From a virus: a DNA stretch of 44,199 nucleotides. A program made the translations under genes and the position numbers. This document shows positions 22,238-32,093 of the stretch, piece by piece (the stretch's first letter is position 1; each line of letters begins with the position of its first letter). Location of the stretch: positions 1-44,199 of IMG/VR virus record IMGVR_UViG_3300022924_000007. One strand, given 5' to 3'. Below the pieces are notes generated by a model that was given only the letters and a program-made list of their open reading frames with translations, ran no database searches and had not been told where the DNA came from.

Positions 22238-22617
22238 TAAATCTCCTTTAGATTTTGTGCACCTTCAAGTGCTAATATCCTTTTGTTCTTGTCTGCTAGT
22301 TGCGCCAATGCATCAGCTAGTAGTCTTTTTGTTTCAGAGTGGTCGTTCTTTTCTTTACGAAGCTCTGTGCGTAGACGGTCTACTTCCTTCACAAGTGCAT
22401 CCTTTTCTGTACGTAACTTAGTTATTTCGTCGAATAGGAAATCTACTTGTTGGATGAGTGTTTCCACCTTCTTGTCAGTGTCATTAATTCGGGTGACTGA
22501 TATAGCCTTATCCTCACCATTTCCACTCTTACCTCCACGTAATGCAACAATAATTGTCGCCACTGCACCTAGTATTAAGCTAATTGCAGTAATGATAGGG
22601 GCTATGTTTTCAGTCAT
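22237..22617 (-). CDS. membrane-anchored coiled-coil protein, 126 aa (lysis-associated?)
   Basis: N-terminal TM segment IITAISLILGAVATIIVAL followed by a charged coiled coil; adjacent to the endolysin. Confidence 0.5.
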   Translation of the reverse strand: MTENIAPIITAISLILGAVATIIVALRGGKSGNGEDKAISVTRINDTDKKVETLIQQVDFLFDEITKLRTEKDALVKEVDRLRTELRKEKNDHSETKRLLADALAQLADKNKRILALEGAQNLKEI

Positions 22618-23072
22618 TACTTTTCCTTGTGTGTTTTTATTGCTGTCTCTGGATTAATAGGTGGTTCAAGTAACATAAAGAATGAAGTAGTAGCCAAACT
22701 TAAGTAGGCTAGAACTGCAAACAACGATGTGATTGACTCCTGATTAAATACGTTATTAGTAAAGATACCCACTGCCCATAGGAAGTAGAGCAGTATTGTT
22801 CCACCGATTCCTAGTCGTGCTATCTTATAAGGAAGCTTAAATAATGCACTCATGATCATTAAACCAAATATAAGGAACAGTCCACCGGCGAGTTGTAGTG
22901 GTAGGACTGTTGCAATAACATCGTAGTTGCTTGAGTTAACAAATGCAGCAGGAAAGAACAGGATGCCTAATCCGGCAAGGATTGATACAACCCCCCTAAA
23001 GGCATATAGCCTCCAGAGAAGTCTGTGTGTAACTCGTAGGTTAATGTGACCCATTCTATTCCTCTTCATCAT
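22617..23072 (-). CDS. integral membrane protein, 151 aa, ~4 TM segments
   Basis: Four hydrophobic stretches; track ORF coupled to its neighbours. Confidence 0.55.
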   Translation of the reverse strand: MMKRNRMGHINLRVTHRLLWRLYAFRGVVSILAGLGILFFPAAFVNSSNYDVIATVLPLQLAGGLFLIFGLMIMSALFKLPYKIARLGIGGTILLYFLWAVGIFTNNVFNQESITSLFAVLAYLSLATTSFFMLLEPPINPETAIKTHKEK

Positions 23073-26000
23073 CTGCTAAATATTCCGCTTCTTTATCTAA
23101 TGTTTTTTGTGATTTCTTTGTGTCCAGTGAATCAACTGTCTTTTGTACATCTACATACAGTGTACTTGTCATTTCGTCTTCAAGACGTTCAGGTAGTGAA
23201 GTATTAGTTTTCCAGTAACTGCCCATGGCTTTTGTTACTTTAGCGTTATACTCAGCACCTAATCGAGCAGCTTCATTCAAGTTTCCAGCCTTAGCTGCTT
23301 CCTTGATCTTTGCCACTGCATCGTCACGACCAGTAGTGTTTTTGGCTGCTTGGTAGTAGTCATAGTATTGTTTTTGTTTTTCTGGGCTGAGACCTTCTAG
23401 TTGCTTAGTTTGAGCTTCTGATAAGGTATTCATTCCAGAGTTTACCCAGTTTTGGCCTGCTTTAGTTGCATATTGGCCAAAGAGTAGAGATTGTAGTTTA
23501 GTTCCATCATCTGTGTCCTGTAAGAATCGAGTCTTTCCTGAAGCGTTTTTAGACTGACCAGTTGTAGCTGATTCGAGTCCTTCAGTAGACTTCTTGATTT
23601 GAGAACCTGCAGGTACTAGTTGTGACCAGTTACCATCCCAGAATTTCTGCCATACTTCATCGACTGTTTCATCACCACGGGCTTCTTCGTTGAAAGTCTT
23701 AGAGACTGTCTCGTTTAACCCTTGGCGAGATTTACCATCACCGAATAATACACTAATAAGTGGACTTCGATATAGTGAACCTTCTGAAAGTTGGTCTGCA
23801 AAAGGAATGAACTCTTGAGGTTTCATACCGATAACAGGTCCAAGTGCAGATACTGTAAGTCCAGCACCCATAACGAATGTTAGGGCACGGCCTGCAGCTT
23901 CAGCGTTAGCGAACCCATAGTTACCATTTGCATCCTTTTTAACAATGTCGATACCCATGTGAGTGAGGTATTCAGCTTGCTTGACAGAGAAGGTAGCCAA
24001 CTGCGTAAGTGAGCGAACCATCGGACCGTTAAGTGCAACTGCATTATCAATATTAGATGTAACGAACTGTGTATCAATAACTGCTTCAATTGCTGATGCC
24101 TTAGCACCTTCAATATCACCAGGGTTCTTTGCTAGATACTTAGCACGAGCGCCGAGGTAGGCTTGTGATCGTAGGAGTACGTCACTTGCACGGATACCTG
24201 ACATAAGTAGGTCAACACCCTTCTTTGCACCTTCAGCTGCTTTAGAACCGATAGATAGGTCTTCCATATCAATGTTGTAGTTTTTAGATACACCACCTTC
24301 AAATACACCTGAGTCTTGAAGTTCTTTGAAGAGTTCAGACTTTCGGTTTGGAAGAGTACGAATAGCATCAAGCATTCCGGCTGTAGCCCATTTAGGGTTT
24401 AGCGTTGCGCCTGTGTTAACCATCTGGCTCATGTTACGTACAACGGTTGATAAGTTACCACCCATTGTTGCAACTGCAGATACCATACGTTGTGCACCAA
24501 GTGCTTTACGTAAGTGGTTCTCGCCGTAATTCTTGCTTTCTTTACCGTATAGACTGTCAACCATTGCGTTGATACCCTCTTCAACACCAGAACGGTTTTT
24601 GTTCTGCAGTTGGTTTAGGTAGTCATTAACGAAACGACCTTCAGCATTAGTAAGCTCTGCCTGTGTACGTAGGGACTCAAGTGGCTTAAGAGCAGGTTCA
24701 AGGTATACCTTACGGTTAAATCCTTGTGCATACTTACTCATAACTGCAATGACATCTCGTGAGAAGTCACCACCTTCAGTAGTACGTTGCTTTAAGTTAC
24801 CGAAGTTTACTGTACCTGTTGCCTTGTTTCCGAAGAGACGTTGGACAACTTTATCATCCTTATTAAAGATGTGAGGGAAGTAATCTTCACGAGTAGCGTA
24901 GCCCATCTTTTTGAGAGCCTCACCTTTAGTATCGAAGAATGACTTAACCTTATCGGCTAGTTCTTTATTGCCGGTACTAATAGTATCAGTATTTCCTTCG
25001 AGGTAATCAATGATAGAGTCTGCAAGTTGTTTGTTACCATCAATAGATTTGCTTACATCTTTTATGAGTGCAAGGTCTTCATTGTTGGCTTTGATCATGC
25101 GTCCTGAAGCCTGGAATATTTTAGTATGTAGATCACGGAGACCCATTGCTTCAAATACTTTGCTTGGAGACATGATACGAATAAGCGCCTGTACGACTGG
25201 ACTTGCTTGTTTGTAGTTGTCAAAGTCTGTTTCGCCTACTGTCTCATCACGTGCTTCATTCATGTGTGTTGGTGAAGCTTCTGCAACGTCTTGGAATTTA
25301 CCTTCCACCGCTGCTTCATTTACGTCCACATTGGCTTTTGCGACGGTGTTACTGAGGGCTTTTTCTTGTTCTAGCTCTGCAAGACGGGTACTAACACGTT
25401 CTTCGTTCAAAGTTTTATAATCGTCGAAGTATTCAGCTTGGAAGCCATTAACGTCTGATACAAGTTCTTTTTCTTTTTCAATGATAGAATCAAGGGTTGC
25501 TTGTGCTTGTTTCGCTGCAGGAGCATCCTCTGCCATGACTGCCTGAATTTCATCTACTTGATCAAGATAATCATTTGTCATGTTCTCTTTTTCAATAGCT
25601 GCACGAGCTTCTGGTAGTCCTTCTAGTGTAGCAAGATCGGCCATGTACTGGTCATCTAGGCTTTTAAGAACTTCTTTACCAGCTTCTGGTGTGAGTAGCT
25701 GTGATAGTTGATTCTGTGCATATGCTTTGTCGGTTGCTAGTAAGTTACCAGCTTGCTTAAGTGGTTCCGGAAGGTTCTCGTGTAATGCAATGTCTTCTGC
25801 TTTTTCAACCAGTTTAGGTGCATCATAGAAGTCTTCAGGTACTTGACCGTTATTAAGTGCTTCAGCTTCTGCGTCGATTTCATCAGGTGAACGTGTTGGA
25901 GCGTCATCTATTCCAGCTTGTCGTAAACCATTCTCATAACTCTTTGATGCTTCTAATTCATCTTTGAGTGCCTTGAATTGATCTTTAACTTTTTGTGGGT

Positions 26001-27243
26001 CTAGCTCTCGGCTAGTGCTTCCATCAATTGTACCTGTTGATGCCTTTGCAGTTTTAGCTGCTTCTAACTCATCAGCTGCATCTTGCAATGCTTTTGCTGC
26101 GTTGTTGTATGTAGCGAGGTCTGCATTGTCTGGGTTAGCTTTGTTGGCTGCAGATATTTCATCTAACTGTTGTGAGAGGTCACGAACTTTCGCTTGTGAT
26201 TCTGCAACTGTTTGATCAAGTTGTTCTACATCTTGTGTAGCTGTACTCTCTGAAGTTTCAGGAGTGTCTTTCCATACATCGTCTTCTGGAGTGAATTCAC
26301 CCTTTTGGAACTTATCTATGTCAGCTACTACGTCATCAGTCTTACGGAATCCAGCAGATAGAGCAAGTTGTTTACCGGCCACTTCAGATGCTTGTGTAAC
26401 TTCTGTGTCGGTAGCGTTTGCTGCTTTACCTTTTTGTCCCTTAACTTTGGCGATAACTTTACCACCTGCGATACCAAGTCCACCTAGTGCTGCGTTGGCT
26501 ACTGTACCAACTACGGCTGCTTTACCTGCTTCTACTGCAGATTCGCCTAGGTTCTTACCTTCACCAAGTGATTCAAGACCAGTTTCTACACCTGTAGCTC
26601 CACCAAGACCAACTGAGGTCTTACCGAGGTCCACTGCTAGTTGTCGTGCTGTTGCACCACCCACTGCGCCCCTTGCGAGGTTAACAGGGTTTACTAGTGT
26701 TGTTGCTGCAAGACCTGTCTCAAGACCTTTACCTGCAACTGCTGCGAAGTCTTTTCCATCACCCTTACCTTGTGAGATACGAGTTGCTGCTTCGTCTACG
26801 TTAGATGTACCTTGAATTTTGTTGCCATTAATGTCTGTAAGACCATGTAATTTCTTACGAAGTGCTTCAGTGTTTGCAACTTTCTTAACTCGAAGTTCAT
26901 CACGTTCTTTTTCAGAGATACCACTTGTGGTTTGTGTAGCGAGTTCGTCTATTAGCTCACCACCACCGAGTGCTACATCACCTAGAAGACCACCGGCTTG
27001 TTGTAGTCCACCGACTAGTCCTTTACCTAGGTCCTTAGCTTTATCAAGGAGTCCTTTTGCAGTACCGTCTTCTTTCTTTCCGTCAGCAAGGTTTTGAGCT
27101 TTTTGTTGCTCTTCAAGTGCTTTCTCAAGCTCTTCCTGCTTCTTCTTGTCTATCTCTTCTTGTTTAGCCGTAGCATATGCTGTGACTGCACTCGTAGAGA
27201 GCCCGAACTTCTGACTTCCTGTGTATCCTTTATATTCTGCCAT
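23056..27243 (-). CDS. large virion protein, 1395 aa (internal core/ejection protein or tape-measure-like)
   Basis: Its size, its Gly/Ala-rich N-terminal third, its long helical regions, and its position at the end of the structural module all parallel T7 gp16. Confidence 0.55.
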   Translation of the reverse strand: MAEYKGYTGSQKFGLSTSAVTAYATAKQEEIDKKKQEELEKALEEQQKAQNLADGKKEDGTAKGLLDKAKDLGKGLVGGLQQAGGLLGDVALGGGELIDELATQTTSGISEKERDELRVKKVANTEALRKKLHGLTDINGNKIQGTSNVDEAATRISQGKGDGKDFAAVAGKGLETGLAATTLVNPVNLARGAVGGATARQLAVDLGKTSVGLGGATGVETGLESLGEGKNLGESAVEAGKAAVVGTVANAALGGLGIAGGKVIAKVKGQKGKAANATDTEVTQASEVAGKQLALSAGFRKTDDVVADIDKFQKGEFTPEDDVWKDTPETSESTATQDVEQLDQTVAESQAKVRDLSQQLDEISAANKANPDNADLATYNNAAKALQDAADELEAAKTAKASTGTIDGSTSRELDPQKVKDQFKALKDELEASKSYENGLRQAGIDDAPTRSPDEIDAEAEALNNGQVPEDFYDAPKLVEKAEDIALHENLPEPLKQAGNLLATDKAYAQNQLSQLLTPEAGKEVLKSLDDQYMADLATLEGLPEARAAIEKENMTNDYLDQVDEIQAVMAEDAPAAKQAQATLDSIIEKEKELVSDVNGFQAEYFDDYKTLNEERVSTRLAELEQEKALSNTVAKANVDVNEAAVEGKFQDVAEASPTHMNEARDETVGETDFDNYKQASPVVQALIRIMSPSKVFEAMGLRDLHTKIFQASGRMIKANNEDLALIKDVSKSIDGNKQLADSIIDYLEGNTDTISTGNKELADKVKSFFDTKGEALKKMGYATREDYFPHIFNKDDKVVQRLFGNKATGTVNFGNLKQRTTEGGDFSRDVIAVMSKYAQGFNRKVYLEPALKPLESLRTQAELTNAEGRFVNDYLNQLQNKNRSGVEEGINAMVDSLYGKESKNYGENHLRKALGAQRMVSAVATMGGNLSTVVRNMSQMVNTGATLNPKWATAGMLDAIRTLPNRKSELFKELQDSGVFEGGVSKNYNIDMEDLSIGSKAAEGAKKGVDLLMSGIRASDVLLRSQAYLGARAKYLAKNPGDIEGAKASAIEAVIDTQFVTSNIDNAVALNGPMVRSLTQLATFSVKQAEYLTHMGIDIVKKDANGNYGFANAEAAGRALTFVMGAGLTVSALGPVIGMKPQEFIPFADQLSEGSLYRSPLISVLFGDGKSRQGLNETVSKTFNEEARGDETVDEVWQKFWDGNWSQLVPAGSQIKKSTEGLESATTGQSKNASGKTRFLQDTDDGTKLQSLLFGQYATKAGQNWVNSGMNTLSEAQTKQLEGLSPEKQKQYYDYYQAAKNTTGRDDAVAKIKEAAKAGNLNEAARLGAEYNAKVTKAMGSYWKTNTSLPERLEDEMTSTLYVDVQKTVDSLDTKKSQKTLDKEAEYLADDEEE

Positions 27244-27251
27244 TATTTCTC

Positions 27252-27938
27252 CTAGAATGTGTAGTATTGTTTACGGAATGAGTATACTTGCTTTGCTGCA
27301 TCAGCATAGTTTAAGCCGTAGCTTGCTGCATAGTTTCCGATTACGTTGTTTTCTGTGTAGCCGTTTTTCTTCCAGTTAGGGTCAGCTGCTGCTTTTGTAA
27401 ATGCATCAATAAGATATTGAGCTTGTGTAGGGCCTGACTTTGCTGCTGCAGCTGCTGCACGGTCGGCTGCTGCGTTAGATGCTGTTGCACGACGGTTAAG
27501 TTCGTTCTCACGAGCTTGTGCTTCTTGTTGCATTTGCTGTAGGTTCCATGAATTAAGATCGCTAGTCTGCTTGTCGATACGTCCCAATGCTTGTGTGCGT
27601 TGATCTGTAGATAATGCTGCTGCTTCTTTTTGTAAACCTAAGTCATCTTCATTTTGCTGTGCATCTGCTGCTTGCATACCTGGAAGGTACTTAGTAGCAA
27701 GATATGTAGCTTGTTCATCAATAGGAATACCACTGAATGAACCACCTCTTCCGGTAGCTTGGTTGTTAATTGTGTTGAACCCTTGGCCTTTTTCGGCTGT
27801 GATTCCTGCCCTTTGAGCATCATATTTGGCTCCAAGACCGGAACGCTCTTGTGTGACTAGGGCTTGTTGACCTGCGTAAGACGGGTTAAGGTCAGCCATT
27901 ACCTGGTCAAGTGTTTGGACTACTGGTGCTGTTGCCAT
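27252..27938 (-). CDS. virion-associated protein, 228 aa (Gln/Ala-rich)
   Basis: ORF with its own promoter and RBS, immediately upstream of the 1395-aa gene. Confidence 0.5.
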   Translation of the reverse strand: MATAPVVQTLDQVMADLNPSYAGQQALVTQERSGLGAKYDAQRAGITAEKGQGFNTINNQATGRGGSFSGIPIDEQATYLATKYLPGMQAADAQQNEDDLGLQKEAAALSTDQRTQALGRIDKQTSDLNSWNLQQMQQEAQARENELNRRATASNAAADRAAAAAAKSGPTQAQYLIDAFTKAAADPNWKKNGYTENNVIGNYAASYGLNYADAAKQVYSFRKQYYTF

Positions 27939-27967
27939 TTATGTTCCTCTGTTTTATATCTGTTATT

Positions 27968-27996
27968 ACTATAGCACATTGTTGTGATTTTGTCAA
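27968..27996 (-). promoter_or_regulatory. promoter (minus strand): TTGACA-N17-(TGc)TATAGT
   Basis: Reverse complement reads ggtgTTGACAaaatcacaacaatgtgcTATAGTaataac. Confidence 0.6.
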
Positions 27997-28000
27997 CACC

Positions 28001-28966
28001 TTATACTGTTCCGGCTGGGACAATATGGTTCATGTCGAACTGAACGCTGACAGTCTTTGGTGTATAAGAGACTGGGCTGGCATTAAAGTTGTATTCTGTC
28101 ATGACAATGCGTACTTGATTTGATGTATTCATTTGTACTGTGATCGTCATACTAACATTTGATGCTAATATGATGTCCTGGTATATGGATGGTTGACTTA
28201 TATTACCTGAAGTAATAGTAGCTTGCATCGCTAATGTTCCTGGACCAGTATCATACCAAGGGCTATAAGTTGTTTTGGTTTGATTGGCCGTTAATGAACT
28301 TGAGCTTGTTATTGATTGAGTAGTTGAATATGGGATAGAAAGTGGTATCTTATCGCTGTTAAAAACGTAGACATCTGTTGGGTCTGGTTCTAGTGGAACG
28401 CCAACTATCTGATATTCAATATCTGCAAACATATCTAGCGCACTGAAGCGTAGAATAACATTGCTTGTATTATTTTGAAGTCCTAGTGTACCGTAGTCGG
28501 AACCTTGTCCGTCTGTGTACCATAGTGTAGGTGCATGTGTCACATTCTTCCACACTGCAAATAGAAGCATTTTCTTACCGTATGTGTTTGGTATACTGTA
28601 TGAAGTAACTCCGGCTGCGTTGTATGTGCCTGAAGCTGTGAATACTGCCTTCTCTATAATGTCATCACTGAAGAATGAGAAGTTATCAGACTTTCCGTAA
28701 ACCCTGTAGTAAAATGTACCTGCAGATACGGATGCTGCTTTGAGAGCACCTGATTCTACTTGATAACCTACTGTAGGGAAAGGTCCACCATACTGAATTA
28801 CGTTAGTTCCGGTATCAACAACAACTTTAAATCGTTGCCCTTCGGTTACGCCATTAGTAAGTGTCTGAACTGTATTCGTTGCTGCAACTGCCACACTTCC
28901 TGCAACAACTGCATGGTTGTATTGGAAGTCACTATGGAAAATGAAGTCGTCTGGATTAGCTGCCAT
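28001..28966 (-). CDS. tail fibre / receptor-binding-like protein, 321 aa
   Basis: Ser/Thr/Asn-rich, beta-type composition; located within the tail gene block. Confidence 0.45.
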   Translation of the reverse strand: MAANPDDFIFHSDFQYNHAVVAGSVAVAATNTVQTLTNGVTEGQRFKVVVDTGTNVIQYGGPFPTVGYQVESGALKAASVSAGTFYYRVYGKSDNFSFFSDDIIEKAVFTASGTYNAAGVTSYSIPNTYGKKMLLFAVWKNVTHAPTLWYTDGQGSDYGTLGLQNNTSNVILRFSALDMFADIEYQIVGVPLEPDPTDVYVFNSDKIPLSIPYSTTQSITSSSSLTANQTKTTYSPWYDTGPGTLAMQATITSGNISQPSIYQDIILASNVSMTITVQMNTSNQVRIVMTEYNFNASPVSYTPKTVSVQFDMNHIVPAGTV

Positions 28967-29211
28967 TATTTCTCCAATGCTGTAAGAACGTCTGTACCTT
29001 TAATTGTAATTGCAAGTACGTAATTCCCTTTAGGCGCACGACCAAGGAGAATCCGGTTAGTACCTTCATCATCCTTGATTACTTTAGTGCGGTTCTCCGA
29101 CTCAAGTTGGCGGAAATTATCGTTGATGACTTGAGCCATCGTTGCAGGGTCCATGCCTGGTGTAAGTTGAATCGGAGATATCATTAGGCTACTGGTCCTA
29201 GTGCAATCCAA
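28966..29211 (-). CDS. hypothetical structural-module protein, 81 aa
   Basis: Track ORF coupled to its neighbours. The true start may be the internal Met (MISPIQ...) to reduce overlap with the 29184 gene. Confidence 0.5.
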   Translation of the reverse strand: MDCTRTSSLMISPIQLTPGMDPATMAQVINDNFRQLESENRTKVIKDDEGTNRILLGRAPKGNYVLAITIKGTDVLTALEK

Positions 29212-29636
29212 CTCACAGATAGTGGGTTAGTTGCGTATGGTTGTTTAGCGGAGAAGTCGATAGGGCTTCGTCCTGTAGTCCATGACTGTTGCGAGTTAGG
29301 GTCTTCTGTCGTAAGTACTACTCCTGGAGTAGCTGCGAATGGCACTGCGAAGTTAACTGTAGTTCCGGTAGAAGCAATTTGAGATACTCCCCACTGAATC
29401 ATAAAGTTTCCGAAACGCATGTAGTTTGAACCACCGATGTTTTGTGAAGACAAGTCAAGCTTATCGTTATTCACTGCACCGGTTGCAATTTTTGCACGGG
29501 TAACTGCTTGGTCTTTTAGGTTAGCTGAATCAAGGTTCCCATTAACTTCGTCAATGATATCCCCGAATCGTTGATTGAGTACGTTAGCAGATGCTGGTGT
29601 ATTGTCCTCAATGTTTGTGTATGAAATGAGTCCCAT
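29184..29636 (-). CDS. tail fibre protein with a gp53-like C-terminal module, 150 aa
   Basis: The C-terminus FMIQWG...VNFAVPFAATPGVVL...SVSWIALGP is paralogous to that of the 34474..34773 ORF. Confidence 0.55.
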   Translation of the reverse strand: MGLISYTNIEDNTPASANVLNQRFGDIIDEVNGNLDSANLKDQAVTRAKIATGAVNNDKLDLSSQNIGGSNYMRFGNFMIQWGVSQIASTGTTVNFAVPFAATPGVVLTTEDPNSQQSWTTGRSPIDFSAKQPYATNPLSVSWIALGPVA

Positions 29637-29644
29637 GGATTCTC

Positions 29645-32092
29645 CTATAGTCTCTTAGTTTTGTAACTGTATTGTGCACCAATGAAGGCAACACGGTTTA
29701 ATATTCCCTTGCGAGCAATTCTTAGCTGCCAGTAGTAGGCATAGCCTGAGAAGCTTTGGCGGTGCTGTTTGAATGACGTATCATTACCGAACAGTGTACC
29801 ATCTCCCCAGTTGAACTCTCCCCACTTTGAACCGTTGACTGTGAGCAGCACATCTTTGATACGTGGGCTGTTCTGGAAGTCTTTGTCCATAGCAAGTTGA
29901 ATTTCAAATGAACTGTCTACACCTTGTAGGAGTGGGAAGTATTTCTTTAGGCGTTTCTTCTGAGCTGGTGCTCCGAGAGAGTCGTACTTAAAGCGATACT
30001 CGAAATCAATCGGTCCTCCAAGTGAAGTGTAATCTTGTTCTGCAAAGAATGCGTTAGGGATTAGTGAGCTGAACTCAACTAATTGCTGGTCGTCATCTGC
30101 GTCTCCGTAATAGATAGCTCGATCAATGAATGTATCAGTGTCGAACTCCATCTCCTGGAAGTCTTTGTTGTAAATAACACATGTGTCGTTTACGGATGAA
30201 CCAGGTGAAGCCATGTAGAAGCGAACTTCTTGCTTCCAAAGAACAGGTGTGATCTTTTCCTTCTGGCCACATCCATCAAACATTGGGTTAATTAGTGCTG
30301 AGATTTTAGTGTCTGCACTACCATTGTATGAGTAGAAGCCATCATTAGATACGAAGAAGATATTGTTTTCGTCGGCTGCAACACCACGATAACTTAATGC
30401 TCCCTTATTACCTGTAGACTGTCGAAGGTTTAACGAACCACGGTCGTAACCACTAAGAACGTACTTGTTGTCTTGTGTGAAGACTGTAAGTGCATCTTGG
30501 AATGATACAATTGCTGTGATAGGTGAACCATTGTGAGGTCGAGGAACATACCAGAAGCTAACAGATAGCCATGCGTAGTACCACTGTTCTCGTGCCGTAG
30601 TAGGAATTGCTCCTGTTGGGTCGAATGCAGGGTTTCCTGGGTTCTCTGAGAATACAAGTTTGTTTGGGTCTGCAGCAACAACGCCCCAGAGTCGGTCTTT
30701 GTGCATAAGAATCTGTGAAAGAATTGGAAGCTGGAGATCACGAATGTATTCAATACCCGTATCAACAATACTGACGTCATCAATGAAGAAGTTATCAGAT
30801 GAACCCTTAAACTCGATAGTTGTCAGGTCGCTTGTTGGAGTGTAGTAAAATTCATTCTTAGCCCATGCTGTTGTCAATGCCTTTGTAGAACCTGTTAATG
30901 CAGTCGTTCCACCGTTTACTGTAACAAATGTATTACCTGTTGCAGTAGAGCCTTTAGTGTAATAGCTAATCTTGTACCTGTGGTCACGGTTTACCGCTTG
31001 GGTAAGTATCGTTCCACGAATACCAGATGCAGCAGTTACTTGTAAGGATGCTGGTGTAGTGTTAAAGTCAGATGTGACTCGTGATGCTGTGCTACCTGCA
31101 ATTGCAGTGTAACCTGTCGCAGCAACGGTAAATGAAGGGTTTGTGACGGTGTTACTGGCCGTTAATTCGTCCTGTCCGTTCCAAGCCGTAAGTTCATCGT
31201 ATCCGTTAACCCAGAACACTTTATTGTCACCATTAGTAAAACTATAGTCACTTGCGTTTGAGTTAAGTCCTGGAAGAATTGAAATCCAAGTCTTGGTTGC
31301 TTCATCTAGCTTATACATATCAGTACCAAAGTTGGCAACTGTAATGTTTTGTCCATTGTCTCGGTTGAACCGGTATGCTCCCTTAGTAACTTGATCAATA
31401 GAAGTGTAAATCTTGTAGTTTAAACTGTATGTCTGAAGTGCTAATTGAGAAAGGTTCGAGTCAGTTTTGTAAGCTTTTGTTCCTGCAGTAGTTGTAGTAA
31501 AAGTATAGGTATTCTTTCCGTCATCTTGGATAGATAGAACAAACCAGTACTTAGTACCGGATACCAACTTGATTGCATTTAAGAATCGAGCAATAACATA
31601 GCTTTGTGTTCCTAGAATGTCACCATTTAATAGGCCACTTTCTGTAAGGAGTTTAGCTGGTTTACCTGCATCGTCACTGTACACTTGAACCTTGATAGGT
31701 CCGGCTGCACTGTTTAGGTTTGCAAGCTGGAAGTCTACACGAGTTAACCGGTTATTTGAAGTTGCTACATATGGCTGTGCATGTGTGCCAATGATGACTC
31801 CAACATTAGCAGTAGAAGCTCCTGTGGTTGCCACATTTGAATCTACTAATACATGTCCGATAGGTGTTGTGTAGTGTCCAGGGCCTTTGCGAGAACTCAC
31901 CGTTACACGACGATCATCAGTCTGTTGTGCGTACAGTCGGAAGTTCTGGGCATATGGTGTGTGTCCATCCTTGATCAAGTCTACAGGAGTTACGAGGTCT
32001 AACCCACGTAAGTCGAGAGAGGCTGCAATAGTCTCTCCTCTTCCTGAAGGCATCTTGACGGCTGTACTTGATGAGTAGTCGTATGCTGGCAT
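29645..32092 (-). CDS. large tail protein, 815 aa (tail tubular B/nozzle-like by position) with a jelly-roll/CBM-like insertion
   Basis: Its size and its position after a ~216-aa protein mirror T7 gp11/gp12. The segment ...RYKISYYTKGS...WAKNEFYYTP...FFIDDVSIVD resembles a carbohydrate-binding jelly roll. Confidence 0.5.
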   Translation of the reverse strand: MPAYDYSSSTAVKMPSGRGETIAASLDLRGLDLVTPVDLIKDGHTPYAQNFRLYAQQTDDRRVTVSSRKGPGHYTTPIGHVLVDSNVATTGASTANVGVIIGTHAQPYVATSNNRLTRVDFQLANLNSAAGPIKVQVYSDDAGKPAKLLTESGLLNGDILGTQSYVIARFLNAIKLVSGTKYWFVLSIQDDGKNTYTFTTTTAGTKAYKTDSNLSQLALQTYSLNYKIYTSIDQVTKGAYRFNRDNGQNITVANFGTDMYKLDEATKTWISILPGLNSNASDYSFTNGDNKVFWVNGYDELTAWNGQDELTASNTVTNPSFTVAATGYTAIAGSTASRVTSDFNTTPASLQVTAASGIRGTILTQAVNRDHRYKISYYTKGSTATGNTFVTVNGGTTALTGSTKALTTAWAKNEFYYTPTSDLTTIEFKGSSDNFFIDDVSIVDTGIEYIRDLQLPILSQILMHKDRLWGVVAADPNKLVFSENPGNPAFDPTGAIPTTAREQWYYAWLSVSFWYVPRPHNGSPITAIVSFQDALTVFTQDNKYVLSGYDRGSLNLRQSTGNKGALSYRGVAADENNIFFVSNDGFYSYNGSADTKISALINPMFDGCGQKEKITPVLWKQEVRFYMASPGSSVNDTCVIYNKDFQEMEFDTDTFIDRAIYYGDADDDQQLVEFSSLIPNAFFAEQDYTSLGGPIDFEYRFKYDSLGAPAQKKRLKKYFPLLQGVDSSFEIQLAMDKDFQNSPRIKDVLLTVNGSKWGEFNWGDGTLFGNDTSFKQHRQSFSGYAYYWQLRIARKGILNRVAFIGAQYSYKTKRL

Positions 32093-32093
32093 G

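Noticed and set aside
26264-26815. 183-aa plus-strand ORF, and other plus-strand ORFs between 23963 and 27097, antisense to the 1395-aa gene
   Set aside because: These are Ala/Ser/Pro-rich shadow frames of a long, clearly coding minus-strand gene. They have no RBS and are not independent.
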